A DNA stretch of 64,000 bases from an uncultured Actinomycetes bacterium (GTDB lineage: Bacteria > Actinomycetota > Thermoleophilia > Gaiellales > Gaiellaceae), in NCBI GenBank assembly GCA_963784175.1, contig CAWAQJ010000018.1, forward strand, positions 179,216 through 243,215, given 5' to 3'. The first letter of the stretch is position 1, and the number at the start of each line of letters is the position of its first letter. A program made the position numbers and the translations under genes. Shown in pieces: positions 29,693-38,257 of this stretch. Below the pieces are notes generated by a model. The model was given only the letters and a program-made list of their open reading frames with translations, was not told the DNA's origin and ran no database searches.

Positions 29693-29860
29693 GAAAGTAA
29701 TAGTGCTCCACCCCGCCGATGATGCTCCGTGCGTGAGGAACCTGGCCTTGCCAGGTGGGTGCCCTACCGACCCGGGGGCCGGACTCGGGCTCCCTCTCAG
29801 TAGGTGTTGGTTCTACATGTGCGCACGGTGCCACGCACGGGGTCGAGCACTCGGATCACT
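29693..29860 (-). promoter_or_regulatory. candidate structured 5' leader of mnmA (nested helices, Shine-Dalgarno partly sequestered)
   Basis: Complementary pairs on the plus strand: gtgctc 29703-29708 / gagcac 29845-29850; ccgtgcgtg 29727-29735 / cacgcacgg 29832-29840; cctgg-ccttg-ccagg 29741-29755; cctac 29763-29767 / gtagg 29800-29804. The mnmA SD (rc of ctccacc 29706-29712) overlaps the outer helix. No known family was recognised. Confidence 0.3.
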
Positions 29861-29907
29861 CTAGCGCGGCCGCCAACCGCCGGTGCCGGCTAGGCGGACG
29901 CGTCCCC

Positions 29908-30111
29908 CGCAGCCACGCCCGGAGCCTGACCCCGGACGCGGCCGGCGAGGACGGGTCTCCTCGCCTTGGATGCCAGGCCCGCCCCGGCCCGCAGGACGGG
30001 AAACCCCTGCTCACGGGATCAGGCCACGTCCGCCGGAGCCACGCCCAGGGGTCTGACCCCGGGTCATGGCCGGCGGGGGCGCGTCCGTTGTCCGCTGCGG
30101 GCGTGGCTGCG
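29908..30111. repeat. cluster of AGCCACGCCC motifs: two direct ~37-nt copies plus one inverted 14-mer
   Basis: Direct copies: 29911-29945 agccacgcccggagcctgaccccggacgcggccggcg and 30037-30075 agccacgcccaggggtctgaccccgggtcatggccggcg. 30098-30111 cgggcgtggctgcg is the exact reverse complement of 29908-29921. The cluster lies just 3' of the stop of the 30112..30513 gene. Confidence 0.6.
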
Positions 30112-30513
30112 CTAGTTGGAGAAGCGCCAGCGGACGGTCGCCTCGCCGGCGATGCCGAGCTGCTGGGCTAGCGCGGGCGTGAGATCGAACGACCGGCCCG
30201 CGTCGACCGGGCCTCGCTCGACGACCTCGGTCTCGGCGCGGCGGCCCTGGTAGTCGATCAGGAGCTTCGCGCCACACGGGAGGACGGGATGCGCGACGCC
30301 GAACGAGTTCGGCGCGAGCGTGACGCCGCAGGCCGTCGGCTCCGCGGTGACCGGGAAGGTGGCGACCTGGGCCTCCTCCCACACGACGACTGCGCGACGC
30401 GCGGGCGGCTCGCTCGAGCCGTCGCTGATTCTCGTGAGCGCGATCGCGCCCAGCGCTCCGACGAGCGCGACGCCGGCCAGTGCGGCCTGCCGCCGCGCGA
30501 GCGCCGCGTTCAT
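30112..30513 (-). CDS. RlpA-like double-psi beta-barrel domain protein (membrane-anchored or secreted)
   Basis: 133 aa. N-terminal hydrophobic anchor. VAHPVLPCGAKLLIDYQGRRAETEVVERGPVDAGRSFDLTPALAQQLG resembles the RlpA/DPBB signature. Confidence 0.6.
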   Translation of the reverse strand: MNAALARRQAALAGVALVGALGAIALTRISDGSSEPPARRAVVVWEEAQVATFPVTAEPTACGVTLAPNSFGVAHPVLPCGAKLLIDYQGRRAETEVVERGPVDAGRSFDLTPALAQQLGIAGEATVRWRFSN

Positions 30514-31334
30514 CAGCCGGCGTGCTCGAGCAGCTCGGCGAACGACTCGCGCACGAGGCCGTCGAACTCGGTCGGGAGCGACCCGTCAGGCGTCGCGAAC
30601 TGACGTAGGTGGACGAAGAGGTACGACCACTCCTCGTACCTGACCGGGTCGCGCGGATGCTCGTCGCGGGCACGGCGCTCGAGGTCCCAGAGATTCCAGT
30701 GCCGCGGCTGGGCGGTGACGCGCATTCGCAGGTCGACGACCTCGGACGAGGCCGCCGGCCGCACCGGCGCCGCGGCCGGCTGGAGCGGCGGCGGGGGTGC
30801 CGGCTCGGGTGGAGGCGCAGGCACGGGTCGCAGCGGCGGCCGCGGCGGCGGCGGCGCAGGAGGAGGAGGAGGAGGAGGAGGAGACGCGACCGGCTCGAGG
30901 ACGCGCTCCGGCTCGGGCTTTGGGGGCTCGGGCTCGGCCACGGGTGGAACGATGACGGGAACCACCGGCGCGTCGACCACGGGCTCCGGTTCGGGCTCTT
31001 GGACGGGTTCGACCTCCATGATCGGCTCGGGCTCCGGCTCCACGGGCATCGGCGGCGGCTGCTCGGCGACCGCTGCGGCCGCCGGAGCCTCGACGGGCGG
31101 AAGCACGGTGACGCCCTCTTCCCCCTCGGCGGGGGCCGCGGCCTCTACCACGACCTCGCGGGGCACCTCCTGGCGCCACGACAGCCACTCGACGGACCAG
31201 GCGACCCCGAGCGCGAGGGCCATGACGATGATGACGACAAGCGGCCGAACCTCGGCCAGCCATAGGGCCAGGGCAACCGTGAGGAGGAAGCCCGCCAGCG
31301 CGAGAAGGCGAAAGATCGCGCGTCTGTCAGGCAC
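30513..31334 (-). CDS. membrane protein with long proline-rich linker and conserved C-terminal domain
   Basis: 273 aa. Two N-terminal TM helices, a Pro/Glu/Val-rich spacer that includes PPPPPPPP, and an ordered C-terminus (HWNLWDLERRARDEHPRDPVRYEEWSYLFVHLRQF). 1-nt overlap with the downstream gene. Confidence 0.6.
   Translation of the reverse strand: MPDRRAIFRLLALAGFLLTVALALWLAEVRPLVVIIVMALALGVAWSVEWLSWRQEVPREVVVEAAAPAEGEEGVTVLPPVEAPAAAAVAEQPPPMPVEPEPEPIMEVEPVQEPEPEPVVDAPVVPVIVPPVAEPEPPKPEPERVLEPVASPPPPPPPPAPPPPRPPLRPVPAPPPEPAPPPPLQPAAAPVRPAASSEVVDLRMRVTAQPRHWNLWDLERRARDEHPRDPVRYEEWSYLFVHLRQFATPDGSLPTEFDGLVRESFAELLEHAG
30858..30881. repeat. (AGG)8 trinucleotide repeat, = (CCT)8 on the coding strand
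   Basis: aggaggaggaggaggaggaggagg read directly. It encodes the Pro8 run of the 30513..31334 protein. Confidence 0.9.
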
Positions 31335-31355
31335 GCTCCGGCGCCGGCACCCCGC

Positions 31356-32270
31356 CTAGGAAGGCGCCGTGCCCTCGTCCTCGCTGGACCCCCGGGCCCC
31401 GGTGCTCTCGTCCCCGCCGGTCTCGTCGGCGACGGCCTCCGGCTCGACAGTCTCCTCGGGAGCCGGCGGCTCCTCGACGACGGGCTCGTCGACGTCCGGA
31501 GCCGACGCGGCCGAGGTTCGCAGCTCGGGCTGCGGCGTCCCCCGCTGCGTCGCCACCGTGGCTTCGGCTGCACGGACGATCGCGTCGACCGCCTCGTGGA
31601 TCGCGGCGTCGCCGTGACCGGCGGCCGAGAGGAGCTGCTCCGCACCCATGCGGGCACGCTGGACGATGACGTCGGCCTGGGCGCGCGCCCACTCGAGCGT
31701 CTGCTCGACCTCGGCCCGGGCGGAGTTCGTGAGCTCCGTGGCCTGGTGGCGCGACTGCTCGGTGAGACGGTTTCCGCGGCTCTCGGCCTCGCGCAGCTCG
31801 GCGGTCGCGTCGCGGTTTGCCTTCGTGAGAATCTCGCGAGACTCCTTGCGCGAGGCGCTGAGGATCTCGGTTCGCTGCCGTTCGGTCTCCTGACGGATGC
31901 GCGCGATCTCGGCCTCCTGCTGCTGGAGCTCCATCTGCTTCTCGCGGATCTCCTGCTCGGCGCGGCCGACCTGCTTCGCAGCCGCGTCCTGGGCATCCCG
32001 CTCGATCGTGTCGGCGAACTCAGCCGCGGCGCGCACGATGTGAAGCGCGTCCATGCGGACTGCGTGGCCCGAGGGCTCCGTGATGGCGCTCTTCGGCGCG
32101 GCCTGGAGCACCCGCAGGTTGGCCTGGAGGGACGTGACATGGCGCCGGAAGGCGTCGAACGCCTCCTGGACCTTGGCGCGATCGAAGCCGTCCGATGCGC
32201 TCGGAAGGTCCTCGAGGCGAGGTAGGGGCGTGAGGCCCGGCTGGACCCGACCCGGTTCTTGCGTGGACAT
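31356..32270 (-). CDS. DivIVA-like coiled-coil protein with acidic C-terminal tail
   Basis: 304 aa. The N-terminal SDGFDRAKVQEAFDAFRRHVTSLQ resembles the DivIVA-domain start (F..GYd..eVd.fL). Long heptad-like region follows. Confidence 0.55.
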   Translation of the reverse strand: MSTQEPGRVQPGLTPLPRLEDLPSASDGFDRAKVQEAFDAFRRHVTSLQANLRVLQAAPKSAITEPSGHAVRMDALHIVRAAAEFADTIERDAQDAAAKQVGRAEQEIREKQMELQQQEAEIARIRQETERQRTEILSASRKESREILTKANRDATAELREAESRGNRLTEQSRHQATELTNSARAEVEQTLEWARAQADVIVQRARMGAEQLLSAAGHGDAAIHEAVDAIVRAAEATVATQRGTPQPELRTSAASAPDVDEPVVEEPPAPEETVEPEAVADETGGDESTGARGSSEDEGTAPS

Positions 32271-32354
32271 GTTCGCTACGCCTCCCCTCCGCGTTCTGAC
32301 CGCGGGCTCGACACAAGTATGCCCTTCCTCATCGGCTGGTTCGCAAGGCTTCCT

Positions 32355-34095
32355 TTAATCGGGCTTCGCACGCAGCTGAATTCCAAGCTCCCGCAACAGT
32401 TCCTCCTCCACCTCGGACGGCGCTCCGCTCATCGGATCGACGCCCGCCTGGTTCTTCGGGAACGCGATCATGTCGCGCAGATTCGCCTCGCGGCCGAGGG
32501 CCATGAGCATGCGCTCGATCCCGAACGCGATGCCGCCGTGCGGAGGCGCGCCCATCGCGAGCGCGTCGAGCAGGAAGCCGAACTTCCGCCGCTGCTCCTC
32601 GGCGGAGAGCTTGAGCGCGTCGAAGACACGCGCCTGTAGCTCCTGCTCGTGGATCCGGAACGAGCCGCCGCCGATCTCAATGCCGTTGACGACGAGGTCG
32701 TAGGCGAGCGCGGTCGCCCCGCCCGGGTCGCTCGAGACGAGCTCCTCCGAGCCGGGGGCCGGCCGCGTGAACGGGTGGTGCACGGCCGTCCAGCGCCCGT
32801 CGTCCTCGTCCCACTCGAACATCGGGAAGTCGGTGATCCAGACGAAGCGCCACGCGCTCTCGTCGATCAGGCCCAGCTCCCGGCCGAGATGCAGGCGCAG
32901 CGCGCCCAGCACGCGTGCGGCGATCGCGGGCTCGGCTGCGGCGAAGAGGACCGTGGAGCCCGGCTCGCCGCGGAAGAGCGCGAGCTCGTCCTCCGAGAGG
33001 AACTTCGCGATCGGCGAGCGCACGTCGCCGTCCTCGCCGTAGACGAGGTAGGCGAGCCCCTTCGCCCCCCACTCCTTCGCGAGCTCCTCGAGGCGCTCGA
33101 GCTCGGCCCGCGAGAAGCGCCTGCGGCACCCGGATGAAGCGGACGGCGGGCGCGTTCCCGAACACCCCGAACTCGGATCCCCGCGTCGCCTCGGTCGCGT
33201 CCTCGATCTCGAGCCCGAAGCGAAGGTCGGGCTTGTCGCTGCCGAAGCGCGCCTGCGCCTCGCCGTGCGTCATGCGCTCGAACGGCGTCACGAGCTCGTC
33301 CCCGATCCCCTCGCGCCAGACCGCGGCGCACATCCGCTCCATGAGCGCGAAGAGGAACTCCTGGTCGGGGAACGCCATCTCGACGTCGAGCTGCGTGATC
33401 TCCTGGACGCGGTCGGCGCGGAGATCCTCGTCCCTGAAGCAGATGGCGATCTGGTAGTAGCGGTCGAAGCCGCCGATCACGAGCAGCTGCTTGAGGATCT
33501 GGGGCGACTGCGGAAGCGCGAAGAAGCGGCCCGGCTGGAGACGGCTCGGGACGATGAAGTCGCGCGCGCCCTCGGGCGTGGGCTTGAAGAGGATCGGCGT
33601 CTGAATGTCGAGGAAGCCGTCCGCCTCCATCTCGCGGCGGATGATCGAGACCATCTGCGCCCGGAGCGCGATGTTGCGCTGCATGCGCGGCCGGCGCAGA
33701 TCGAGCCAGCGGTAGCGCAGGCGCAGGGTCTCGTCCACGTTCTCCTCATCGAGCTGGAACGGAAGCGCCGGCGCGCGCGAGACGATCTCCAGCTCGTCGA
33801 CCTGGAGCTCGACCTCCCCTGTCGGCAGGTCCGGGTTCACGTTCTCCGGCGCCCGGCGGACGACCGTCCCCTCGGCCCGCAGGACGAACTCGTTGCGCAC
33901 GGCGTGCCCGGCCGCGACTGCGTCCGGCGCCAGTTCCGGGTTGACGACGAGCTGGCAGATGCCCGCCCGGTCGCGAAGGTCGACGAAGACGAGACCCCCG
34001 TGGTCGCGGCGCCCGTCCGCCCAGCCGGAGAGCGTCAGCCGCTTGCCCACATGCTCGGGCCTGACCTCGCCGCACATGAGGTCGCGCCAGGTCAC
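32355..34095 (-). pseudogene. aspS: aspartate--tRNA ligase, reading frame broken once (assembly indel or true frameshift)
   Basis: GTG at 34095 overlaps the hisS stop (GTGA). N-terminal 320+ aa come from track ORF 32677..34809 (RDHGGLVFVDLRDRAGICQLV, FRDEDLRADR, ...VRFIRVPQA). The C-terminal part lies in the +1 frame (FSRAELERLEELAKEWGAKGLAYLV ... GGGSFRIH ... GIAFGIERM). Length is 1741 nt = 3n+1. The junction is near 33108-33128. Confidence 0.9.
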
Positions 34096-35318
34096 GCGAG
34101 GAGCTCTTCGATCTCGTCGGGCGAGCTCACCGACACGTCCGCCTCGCCGGGCCGTCGGAGCACCTGCCCGCTTTCGGACACGACGAGCGTCCCGCGCGCG
34201 CCCAGCCGCTTCGCCTGCGTCAGCTGGCCCTTGAGGGAGCGGGATGCGTAGTCCGTGTCGGCCCGCAACCCGCGTTCGCGCAGCAAGCCGAGCCACGGCA
34301 GGATCTCGAGACGGCGCGACCGCTCCTCGAAGACGATGAAGAGGTCGATGCCGGCCACCTCCGGGTCGGCCGTGCTCGACGACGCCATGCGCTCGACCCC
34401 GGCGGCCCAGCCCACCCCTGGGGTCGGGTCGCCGCCGAGCTCCTCGATGAGATAGTCGTAGCGTCCGCCGGCGCAGATCGAGGCCTGTGCAGCGTCGAGC
34501 CCCTCGTTGACGAACTCGAACACCGTGCGCGTGTAGTAGTCGAGGCCGCGCACGAGCGTCGGCACGAGGACGTACTCGACGCCGTAGGCATCGAGGAGGC
34601 CCCGCACCTCGGAGAAGTGCTCCTCGCAGGAAGGGCAGAGCGACTCGCCGATCGTCGGCGCCTCTGCGAGCACACGGCGAACGGCCTCGTTTTTCGTGTC
34701 GAACACGCGCAGCGGGCTGACATCGGCCCGGCGGCGCGTGTCCTCGTCGAGATCGTCGCGCCGTTCGGCGAGGAAGGCCTGGAGCCGCTCGACGTATGCC
34801 GGTCGGCATTCGCGGTCGCCGATGGAGTTCAGCTCCAGGCGCGTGTGCGTGACGTCAGCGCGGCGCTCGATGCCGGTGAAGAGCTCGATCAGCTCGGCGT
34901 CGACGGCCGGGTCGTCCGTCCCCATCGCCTCGAAGCCGATCTGCCAGAACTCGCGGTAGCGCCCCTTCTGCGGCGCCGCGTACCGGAACATCGGCCCGAC
35001 GTAGTAGGTCTTCACGGGCTGAGGCTCCCGGTGCAGGCCGTGCTCGAGGTAGGCGCGCGCGACGGCCGCCGTTCCCTCTGGCCGCAGAGTCAGGGAGCGC
35101 TCGCCCCTGTCTTCGAACGTGTACATCTCCTTGTGCACGACGTCCGAGCCGGCGCCGGACGTGCGCGCGAAGAGCTCGGTGTCCTCGAACGTGGGCGTGA
35201 CGATGAGGCCGTAGCCGTACAGGTCCGCGGCTTCGGCGGTCGCGCGCAACACGGTCCGGCGGCGCGGCTGGTCGGCGGGAAGGACGTCGAGCGTCCCCCG
35301 CGGCGCCTCGATCCTCAC
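34092..35318 (-). CDS. hisS: histidine--tRNA ligase
   Basis: 408 aa. Motifs: RGTLDVLP, LRPEGTAAVARAY, FRYAAPQKGRYREFWQ, GGRYD. GTG at 35318 overlaps the upstream stop. Confidence 0.95.
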   Translation of the reverse strand: MRIEAPRGTLDVLPADQPRRRTVLRATAEAADLYGYGLIVTPTFEDTELFARTSGAGSDVVHKEMYTFEDRGERSLTLRPEGTAAVARAYLEHGLHREPQPVKTYYVGPMFRYAAPQKGRYREFWQIGFEAMGTDDPAVDAELIELFTGIERRADVTHTRLELNSIGDRECRPAYVERLQAFLAERRDDLDEDTRRRADVSPLRVFDTKNEAVRRVLAEAPTIGESLCPSCEEHFSEVRGLLDAYGVEYVLVPTLVRGLDYYTRTVFEFVNEGLDAAQASICAGGRYDYLIEELGGDPTPGVGWAAGVERMASSSTADPEVAGIDLFIVFEERSRRLEILPWLGLLRERGLRADTDYASRSLKGQLTQAKRLGARGTLVVSESGQVLRRPGEADVSVSSPDEIEELLA

Positions 35319-35962
35319 GGCGCGTCGGCCCGGAGCTCGGCGAGGAACGGGTTCGTCATGAGCTCCTGGCCCAGCGTCGTCGCCGGGCCGTGGCCGGAGT
35401 AGACAACGGTCTCGGGCGGCAGACGGTCGACGAGCAGGCGGATCGAGGCCAGCAGAGCTTCCCAGTTCCCGCCGGTGCGGTCGGTGCGCCCGACGGAGCC
35501 GGCGAAGAGCACGTCACCCGAGAAGACGCAGCCCTCGGCGGCGAACGCGAGGTGGCCTACCGTGTGGCCGGGCACCCTCAGCGTCGTGAAGTGGATTCCG
35601 GCAAGGTCGAGCTCCTCCTCGCCTTCGAGCAGCACCTCGGCCGAGTGACCGCGGAGGCTTACGTCGATCCCGTCCGGGATGTAGTCGCCCGGCCGCTCCA
35701 GTCGATCCCACTCGAGCGAAGGCATGTAGACCCGCGCCCCGGTCGCCTCGACCAGCTCGACGACACCTCCGATGTGGTCGAGATCGCCGTGCGTCACAAG
35801 GATGGCGACGCACCGCGCTCCCCCCAGTGCCGCCTGGATGCGCTCGGTCTCGCCGGGCCAGCCCGGATCGACGACGACCGCCTCGTCCGCGCCCGTGTGC
35901 CGGGCCACGTAGCAGTTGGACTGGAACGGGCCCAGGGCGAGTTGCTCGACTTCGAGGGGCAT
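35315..35962 (-). CDS. MBL-fold metallo-hydrolase (glyoxalase II-like)
   Basis: 215 aa. Motifs: ILVTHGDLDHIGG, VPGHTVGH, SGDVLFAGSVGRTD. Confidence 0.85.
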   Translation of the reverse strand: MPLEVEQLALGPFQSNCYVARHTGADEAVVVDPGWPGETERIQAALGGARCVAILVTHGDLDHIGGVVELVEATGARVYMPSLEWDRLERPGDYIPDGIDVSLRGHSAEVLLEGEEELDLAGIHFTTLRVPGHTVGHLAFAAEGCVFSGDVLFAGSVGRTDRTGGNWEALLASIRLLVDRLPPETVVYSGHGPATTLGQELMTNPFLAELRADAP

Positions 35963-36007
35963 CGGGGCAGGAGTCTAGCCGCCTCTAGGAGTTAGACTTG
36001 GCCTCCG

Positions 36008-36358
36008 ATGGAGACCTGGATTCTCCCGGAGATCGACACGCCGGGTGGAAGTCGCTCGCCGGTCGTGCTCCGCAGCCAGGACGAGGCGCGGGCGGTCCTC
36101 GTCGGCCTCGATCCCGGGCAGAAGCTCGGGGATCACCAGGTCAAGGAACACGCCTGGGTGATCGTCGTCGACGGGTCCGTGACCTTCCGGGCCGGCGACG
36201 AGGAGATCGAGGCCCCGGCGGGGACGCTTGCCCGGTTCGAGCCGGACGAGCGCCACTCCGTCAGCAGCGAAGGCGGCGCGAAGATTCTCCTCCTGCTTGC
36301 CCCGTGGCCCGGCCCGGGCCACTACCGGGGCAACGAGACGGTCGAGGCGCTCGGCTAG
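36008..36358 (+). CDS. cupin domain protein
   Basis: 116 aa. GDHQVKEHAWVIVVDGSVTFRAGDEEIEAPAGTLARFEPDERHSV fits the two-motif cupin pattern. Confidence 0.75.
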   Translation: METWILPEIDTPGGSRSPVVLRSQDEARAVLVGLDPGQKLGDHQVKEHAWVIVVDGSVTFRAGDEEIEAPAGTLARFEPDERHSVSSEGGAKILLLLAPWPGPGHYRGNETVEALG

Positions 36359-36496
36359 CGCGCCCGGCGTTCGGCGCGATCCTTCTCGTGCCGGCGCAGC
36401 AGCATGCGGTAGACGAACGTGTCGACCACGTAGCTGAACGGCATGAAGAAGGCCAGGAGCAGCACGACGTTGAAGATCAGCCCCGCGATCGTGAGG

Positions 36497-36775
36497 TCAT
36501 TGGCCGTAATCAGAGATGAACACCGCGATCAGCGGCGCGAAGATGGCCGTGCGCTTGAGGACTCGCTGCAGGGACGGCTTCTGGATCGGGCGCCCACGCC
36601 GGTCGACGAGGCCGGTCGGCTCCTTCTGCGCTTTGCCGTTGGTGGCGGCGCTCTTCGCCTCCGAGACGCGCGCGCCCTCGATCGGGATCTCCTCGCCGTC
36701 CTCGGTCTCGAGGACGTACTCGTACTCGTGACGCTGGAGCTTCTCGCGCTTCCGGCGCTGCTTTCTGCTCGGCAC
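36497..36775 (-). CDS. small basic/membrane protein; probably continues to 36355 in the +1 frame
   Basis: GTG at 36775, 2 nt after the upstream stop: VPSRKQRRKREKLQRHEYEYVLETEDGEE...RTAIFAPLIAVFISDYGQ*. Immediately after, the +1 frame reads LITANDLTIAGLIFNVVLLLAFFMPFSYVVDTFVYRMLLRRHEKDRAERRAR* with no start codon of its own. 36355..36775 is 421 nt = 3n+1. Confidence 0.45.
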   Translation of the reverse strand: MPSRKQRRKREKLQRHEYEYVLETEDGEEIPIEGARVSEAKSAATNGKAQKEPTGLVDRRGRPIQKPSLQRVLKRTAIFAPLIAVFISDYGQ

Positions 36776-36777
36776 AG

Positions 36778-37023
36778 CTAGAAGGCCTCGATCAGCACGG
36801 CGATGAGCACGAGCACCCCGATGAGCCCGAACGCGGTGACGAAGGCGGCGGGATTCCAGACGAGATCGTTGTCCTGGCGATAGCGCGACTTCCGCGGCGC
36901 ACCGTGGCCGTGGACGGGCTCCGCGGCAGGTTCGGAGCGCGGTCGCCCGGCCGTGAGGCTCCACGCGATCAGGAGGCCGACCAGACCCGCGCCCACGAAG
37001 GCCAAGGGAACCCACCAGTTCAC
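36778..37023 (-). CDS. small two-TM membrane protein
   Basis: 81 aa. Hydrophobic N- and C-terminal segments (WWVPLAFVGAGLVGLLIAW; FVTAFGLIGVLVLIAVLI). GTG at 37023, 4 nt after the hutI stop. Confidence 0.5.
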   Translation of the reverse strand: MNWWVPLAFVGAGLVGLLIAWSLTAGRPRSEPAAEPVHGHGAPRKSRYRQDNDLVWNPAAFVTAFGLIGVLVLIAVLIEAF

Positions 37024-37027
37024 AGCC

Positions 37028-38251
37028 TCACCGCTCCCATGCGACCTCTCCCTCTTTCACCACCACCGCCACGTGCTCTCCTCCGAGATGGTAGGCGAGG
37101 TAGCGCCAGTCGGGAGCGTCGAGCAGAACGATGTCCGCGGCGTACCCGGGCTCGAGACGGCCGATCCGATCCGCGCGACCGAGCACGTGGGCCGCGTTCA
37201 CCGTGCAGGCGGCGAGCGCCTCGGCCGGCGAGAGGCCGAGCTGCGTGCACGCGAGGCTCATGACCACGGGCAGGCTCTCGCAGTACGCGCTCCCAGGATT
37301 GAAGTCCGTCGCGAGAGCGACGATCGCGCCGGCGTCCACCAGAGCACGGCCGGGCGGCATGGGCCGACCGAGGAAGAGCGCCGCGACGGGAAGCAGCACG
37401 GCGGCGACGTCGCTCCCACCGAGGGCGCGGACGCCTTCGTCGCCGGTCGCCTCGAGGTGGTCGACGCTGCGCGCGCCCAGCTCGACGGCAAGCGGGATGC
37501 CTCCCATCTCCGTGAACTGATCCGCGTGCAGCCGGAGGGCGAGCCCGGCCCCTCGGCAAGCCTCGAGATAACGGCGAGCCTGCGGGACGTCGAACGCGCC
37601 GCGCTCGACGAACACATCCGCGGCCTCGGCGAGCGCTGCGGCCTCCGGAAGCACCTCCGCCAGCGCGAAGTCCAGGTACGCATCGCCGTCGTCGAACTCC
37701 GGCGGCACTGCGTGGGCCCCGAGCCAGGTCGGCACGCCGCCGGCCGCGCCGACGGCGCGCAGCTGCGCGAGCTCGGTGTCGCGATCGAGCCCGTAGCCGG
37801 ACTTTCCCTCGAATGTCGTGGTGCCGTGCCCCAGCATCCAGGCGCGATGGCGCTCCACGGCTGCGATCAGGTCGGCCTCACCGGCGGCACGTGTCGCCGC
37901 GACCGTGGAGAGGATCCCGCCTCCCGACGCGTGGATCTCCTCGTACGACGCTCCGCGCGCGCGCAGGTCGAACTCCGCCGCGCGGTCGCCGGCGAAGCAC
38001 GCGTGCGTGTGGCAGTCGACGAGGCCCGGCACCGCGACGAGGCCGCGGCCGTCGATCTCGAGGACGTCGTCCGGAAGCGCCGACCGGTCGAGCTCCGCCA
38101 TCGCACCGCTCGCGCGCACGAGACCGTCGAGGCAGAAGACGTAGCCCCCCTCGATCACTCGGACGTCGCCAAGAGCGGATCCGCGCAGAGGCGCCGAGCC
38201 TCCTGCCGGGGAGACGACCTGCCCGAGATCGCGGACGAGCAACGCCGGCAT
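37028..38251 (-). CDS. hutI: imidazolonepropionase
   Basis: 407 aa. Motifs: PGLVDCHTHACFAG, GTTTFEGKSGYGL, HADQF. It is adjacent to hutU and hutH. Confidence 0.9.
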   Translation of the reverse strand: MPALLVRDLGQVVSPAGGSAPLRGSALGDVRVIEGGYVFCLDGLVRASGAMAELDRSALPDDVLEIDGRGLVAVPGLVDCHTHACFAGDRAAEFDLRARGASYEEIHASGGGILSTVAATRAAGEADLIAAVERHRAWMLGHGTTTFEGKSGYGLDRDTELAQLRAVGAAGGVPTWLGAHAVPPEFDDGDAYLDFALAEVLPEAAALAEAADVFVERGAFDVPQARRYLEACRGAGLALRLHADQFTEMGGIPLAVELGARSVDHLEATGDEGVRALGGSDVAAVLLPVAALFLGRPMPPGRALVDAGAIVALATDFNPGSAYCESLPVVMSLACTQLGLSPAEALAACTVNAAHVLGRADRIGRLEPGYAADIVLLDAPDWRYLAYHLGGEHVAVVVKEGEVAWER

Positions 38252-38257
38252 GGCCCG

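Noticed and set aside
29775-29800. CUGAGA followed by ACCC on the minus-strand mnmA leader, reminiscent of a TPP riboswitch.
   Set aside because: The pyrophosphate-sensor half (ACCUGAUCUGGAUAAUGCCAGCG.AGGGA) is absent, the spacing is wrong, and mnmA is not a thiamine gene.
29805-29840. ggttctaca...acggtgcca looked like a T-loop plus CCA end of a tRNA-like element.
   Set aside because: No acceptor stem, D arm or anticodon arm can be drawn. The T-loop consensus GGTTCGAATCC is not met.
30586-31359. Three alternative ORFs (30586..31263 -, 30609..31265 +, 30715..31359 +) across the proline-rich region.
   Set aside because: These are low-complexity translations (poly-Arg/Gly/Ser) of the same GC-rich repeat DNA. 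The frame chosen has TM helices at the N-terminus, an ordered C-terminal domain, and start/stop coupling with its neighbours.
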